Source of the DNA: a virus
Lineage: Duplodnaviria; Heunggongvirae; Uroviricota; Caudoviricetes
Reading direction: 5' to 3' (one strand)
DNA: 22,178 bases
Virus record (IMG/VR): IMGVR_UViG_2917865565_000002
Span: 1-22,178 of that record
Below, one piece after another: positions 19,658 to 22,178 of this stretch. A program made the translations under genes and the position numbers. How positions within the stretch are numbered: position 1 is the first letter of the stretch; each line of letters starts with the position of its first letter. Under the pieces are notes generated by a model, which was not told where the DNA came from, made no database searches, and saw nothing but the letters and a program-made list of their open reading frames with translations.

Positions 19658-20153
19658 GACTTTTAACAGCAATATGCTTAACTTTCTCAACACGTTTACG
19701 CATTTTGAAAGCATTTTGCATTGGCTGGTATAAAACAAATAATGACGCTTTCAGGATATCGTCAATTTCGTTTCTACAGGTTGCCAGTGAAGGTTTTCTC
19801 CATCCCTCACCACCACGTCCACACATCTTGCGTGGCTTTGCAGTCGCGTGATAGTAGGATGCAATTGCTCGCTTAGATGAACCATGAGCGTAGTAGCTGA
19901 GGAGGATGCCAAAGGCTTTCTTGTCAATGCACATGACGGAATCGACGACCTGAGAAATCAACATTCCATCATCATCATTACACATTGGCCTTGTCATAAC
20001 TCTTCCCGGCTCTACGCTCTCCATGAACTTCGCTATTACGCTGCTCATGCGCTTTTCCAGACGACCTGAATAAACCCATGCGCCCCACAGTTCAAGCCAG
20101 CCATTCAGCCACTCGTGCTGTTCTTTGGTGAGGTTTAGTTCTCTTATGCCCAT
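19635..20153 (-). CDS. Putative late-gene antiterminator Q (non-lambda family)
   Basis: 172 aa ORF between ninI and the lysis cassette, which is the position of Q in lambdoid phages. Not similar to lambda Q by my recollection; the size fits the phage 21/82-type Q proteins. Several Cys/His residues present. Assigned by synteny. Confidence 0.6.
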   Translation of the reverse strand: MGIRELNLTKEQHEWLNGWLELWGAWVYSGRLEKRMSSVIAKFMESVEPGRVMTRPMCNDDDGMLISQVVDSVMCIDKKAFGILLSYYAHGSSKRAIASYYHATAKPRKMCGRGGEGWRKPSLATCRNEIDDILKASLFVLYQPMQNAFKMRKRVEKVKHIAVKSLDMQLAI

Positions 20154-20815
20154 GCGCCTTCTCCCTGTACCTGAATCAATGTGAGGTTTCCGCAGAACAC
20201 TGCGCCGGTATCGATATACATCTGGTTGGCAAATTTGAGTGGTTTCACTGCTGGCGTATGACCAAAGATGAACGTGTCCGCGCCTTTGATTTCTTTCACG
20301 ATCCCGTCTTGTGAGTTGCTGATTCGTTCGCGGTTCCAGATTACCTTCTGATGATCAACTGGCTTTCCAAACTCGTATTCGTCACAAGGATAATCGGCGT
20401 GGCAGATGACATATTTTTTATCTTTGCTCACCAGTTCGATGATTAACGGAAGTTCTTCTGCTTTATGGGCAAGAGCTTTAGCCAGAATTTCTTTGTCGTA
20501 ATCGAGATTAAAGAACCAGCCACCGCCATTAAGCAGCCAGTGATTGACGTTTCCACGCTCTGATAAGCCATCAATCATCATGTGCTCATGGTTTCCACGT
20601 ACAGCTCTGAACCAGGGGAATGTGATTAATTCCAGGCATTCAACGTTCTCTGCACCACGATCAACCAAATCGCCAACCGAGATAAGCAGGTCTTTTTTGG
20701 TGTCGAATCCAATCGTATCCAGTTTGTTCATCAGGTTCGTGTAGCATCCGTGCAGGTCGCCAGCTACCCAAATATTTCGGTATTTGCTGCCATCAATTCT
20801 TTCGTAGATATTCAT
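20144..20815 (-). CDS. ninI: Ser/Thr protein phosphatase, lambda NinI-like (calcineurin-type metallophosphoesterase)
   Basis: 223 aa. Metallophosphatase signature motifs are visible: GDLHG, GDLVDRG, GNHE. Overall similar to lambda phosphatase. Confidence 0.85.
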   Translation of the reverse strand: MNIYERIDGSKYRNIWVAGDLHGCYTNLMNKLDTIGFDTKKDLLISVGDLVDRGAENVECLELITFPWFRAVRGNHEHMMIDGLSERGNVNHWLLNGGGWFFNLDYDKEILAKALAHKAEELPLIIELVSKDKKYVICHADYPCDEYEFGKPVDHQKVIWNRERISNSQDGIVKEIKGADTFIFGHTPAVKPLKFANQMYIDTGAVFCGNLTLIQVQGEGAWA

Positions 20816-21423
20816 GCTGCCTCACTTCTGCTGTTTCGCAGATTTTTAAGTTTCTGCTGATACTCCGCCTTGATGGCCCTGCACTCTTCGACAGTCCAGC
20901 GATGGCGGTTATGGTTTGATTCGATTTCGTCTACTGCTTCCTGCCCGATGCGATTAATCAGTTCGACGCGATACGGAACGAGATTTCCGCTTTTGTGCTG
21001 GTTGCACACCACGCATTGCTTGTGAATATTGCGTTCATCAAATCGGAGTTGAGGTGCCGCAGCAGTTGTCCGGTAATGTCCGGCATCCCACTGAGCAGAC
21101 GTGAGCGTTCCGCACGAGATACATGGTAAGTCGCGGTCTCTTTCTCTGATGAAGGCGTTTACGGCTTGTTGGGCTTGTTTAATCCAGTAACTGCGGGGCT
21201 TTAAGGCGAGTTTTCGAATCTTAAGTTTATCTTTCTGTTTCTGCTCCTCTCGTCGTCGTTTCTTCTCTGCTGCTTTTTCCGCTTTTTCGCGTTCTTTACT
21301 TCGTCGTTCGAGTGCTATCTTGGTTCCACACTCTGGAGAGCACCACCACTGATTAGCGAATGCAGGATGAAACCATTCCCGACATTCATCGTTTTTACAT
21401 CGTCTTCGCGCTGGTTTAGCCAT
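20812..21423 (-). CDS. ninG: NinG / Rap recombination protein (Holliday-junction endonuclease)
   Basis: 203 aa. Basic N-terminus with Cys clusters (CKNDEC…CSPEC, CISCG…CVVCNQH). Position and length match lambda NinG. Confidence 0.85.
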   Translation of the reverse strand: MAKPARRRCKNDECREWFHPAFANQWWCSPECGTKIALERRSKEREKAEKAAEKKRRREEQKQKDKLKIRKLALKPRSYWIKQAQQAVNAFIRERDRDLPCISCGTLTSAQWDAGHYRTTAAAPQLRFDERNIHKQCVVCNQHKSGNLVPYRVELINRIGQEAVDEIESNHNRHRWTVEECRAIKAEYQQKLKNLRNSRSEAA

Positions 21424-21628
21424 CGTCTTCTTCCTCGTGCATCGAGCTATTCGGATCGCTCATCAGTTCTGCGCAGCAGTACTCACACACGTGAACTTCC
21501 AGCACATGCAGCTTCTGACCGCAGTTAGCGCACGTTAAAGCCTGCTCGACGCTTTCTTGTTCGTAACTTCGATTTGGGTCAATCACCTTGTTTTCCTCGC
21601 ACGATGTCTTAGCCACCGGATATCCCAC
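21416..21628 (-). CDS. ninF: NinF
   Basis: C-terminal 45 aa ([45 protein letters not shown]) match lambda NinF as I recall it. The ORF-track ATG start overlaps ninE by 46 nt. An alternative GTG start at 21586, forming GTGA with the ninE stop, gives a 56-aa product closer to the lambda NinF length. Confidence 0.7.
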   Translation of the reverse strand: MGYPVAKTSCEENKVIDPNRSYEQESVEQALTCANCGQKLHVLEVHVCEYCCAELMSDPNSSMHEEEDDG

Positions 21629-21765
21629 AGGTGAGCCGTGTAATTGAAGGTTTTTACGTCAGATTCTTTTGGGATTGGCTTGCGTTTATTTCTGGAGCGT
21701 TTCGTTGGAAGGTATTTGCAGTTTTCGCAGATGATGTCGGTGAAACTTCGTCGCTGTCGTCTCAT
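21583..21765 (-). CDS. ninE: NinE
   Basis: 60 aa. [52 protein letters not shown]… is near-identical to lambda NinE as I recall it. Confidence 0.8.
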   Translation of the reverse strand: MRRQRRSFTDIICENCKYLPTKRSRNKRKPIPKESDVKTFNYTAHLWDIRWLRHRARKTR

Positions 21766-22178
21766 TCGTACCTCCTGTTGGTAAATCTGACACCCTGACC
21801 AATAGCCCAGGCTGTTGTGTACTCGATCAGACTTGCCATACGCTTCACGCTCATCTGCGCGCTGCTTTCGCGAATGTTGACGTATTCGCCTTCAAGGCCG
21901 GGCAAAACATCAGCTTCCTGCTTTGTTGCCACTGCATGACCGCTGATCAACAAAACCTTCCATTGTTCTGGTTTTAACCATTTATCGCGCCACTGAACTT
22001 GCCTAGCGATATCTGCGACCATCGCGTGAAATTTTGCGTTCTGGTCAAGGTTGCGCTTGTAGTCAGTAATGCGGATGGTGACTGGCTTGTCTTTATCGAG
22101 TGGTGTTGCGAGGATGGCATTTATTGCAGCTTGCTGTTGTTGCTTAGTTCGGAGGAAGATTGTTGCTTCATCGAAAAT
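21762..22178 (-). CDS. ninB: NinB (Orf family recombination mediator), 5'-truncated by the window edge
   Basis: The minus-strand frame is open to the window edge. The translated C-terminal part (…[33 protein letters not shown]…) resembles lambda NinB. Stop overlaps the ninE start. Confidence 0.75.
   Translation of the reverse strand: MFDEATIFLRTKQQQQAAINAILATPLDKDKPVTIRITDYKRNLDQNAKFHAMVADIARQVQWRDKWLKPEQWKVLLISGHAVATKQEADVLPGLEGEYVNIRESSAQMSVKRMASLIEYTTAWAIGQGVRFTNRRYE

Noticed and set aside
1-22178. Defence or anti-defence systems, toxin-antitoxin pairs, integrase, attachment site, IS elements, CRISPR
   Set aside because: Every sizeable minus-strand ORF is accounted for by a conserved phage late-region function, and the gaps are short. 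I saw no direct-repeat arrays, transposase-like ORFs or recombinase motifs.

Overview
The window is a contiguous block of a P22-like (Sf6/CUS-3-type) temperate podophage or prophage of Enterobacteriaceae, with every gene on the minus strand. Read 5'->3' on the minus strand (high to low coordinates) it runs: lambda-type nin region (ninB partial, ninE, ninF, ninG, ninI phosphatase), a non-lambda Q-like antiterminator, a candidate late promoter and short terminator, two tRNA genes, lambda-type lysis cassette (S, R, Rz with embedded Rz1), an intrinsic terminator, a Rha-family regulator, an 80-aa hypothetical, Sf6-type small and large terminase, portal, scaffold, coat, a small ORF, gp4-, gp10-, gp26-, gp14-like proteins, three ejection proteins (gp7-, gp20-, gp16-like), and a 981-aa tailspike. 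The tailspike joins a P22-type head-binding N-terminus to an endosialidase-like body with Asp-box motifs and a C-terminal chaperone-like domain, which suggests a polysialic-acid (K1-type) capsule-specific phage. I found no defence system, toxin-antitoxin pair, integrase, CRISPR array or IS element here; the content looks like core late-region phage genes. The points most worth a second look are the chimeric tailspike, the promoter-terminator-tRNA arrangement between Q and the holin, and a few small ORFs and RNA hairpins. Protein identifications rest on my recollection of homologues and on motifs visible in the translations, not on database searches.
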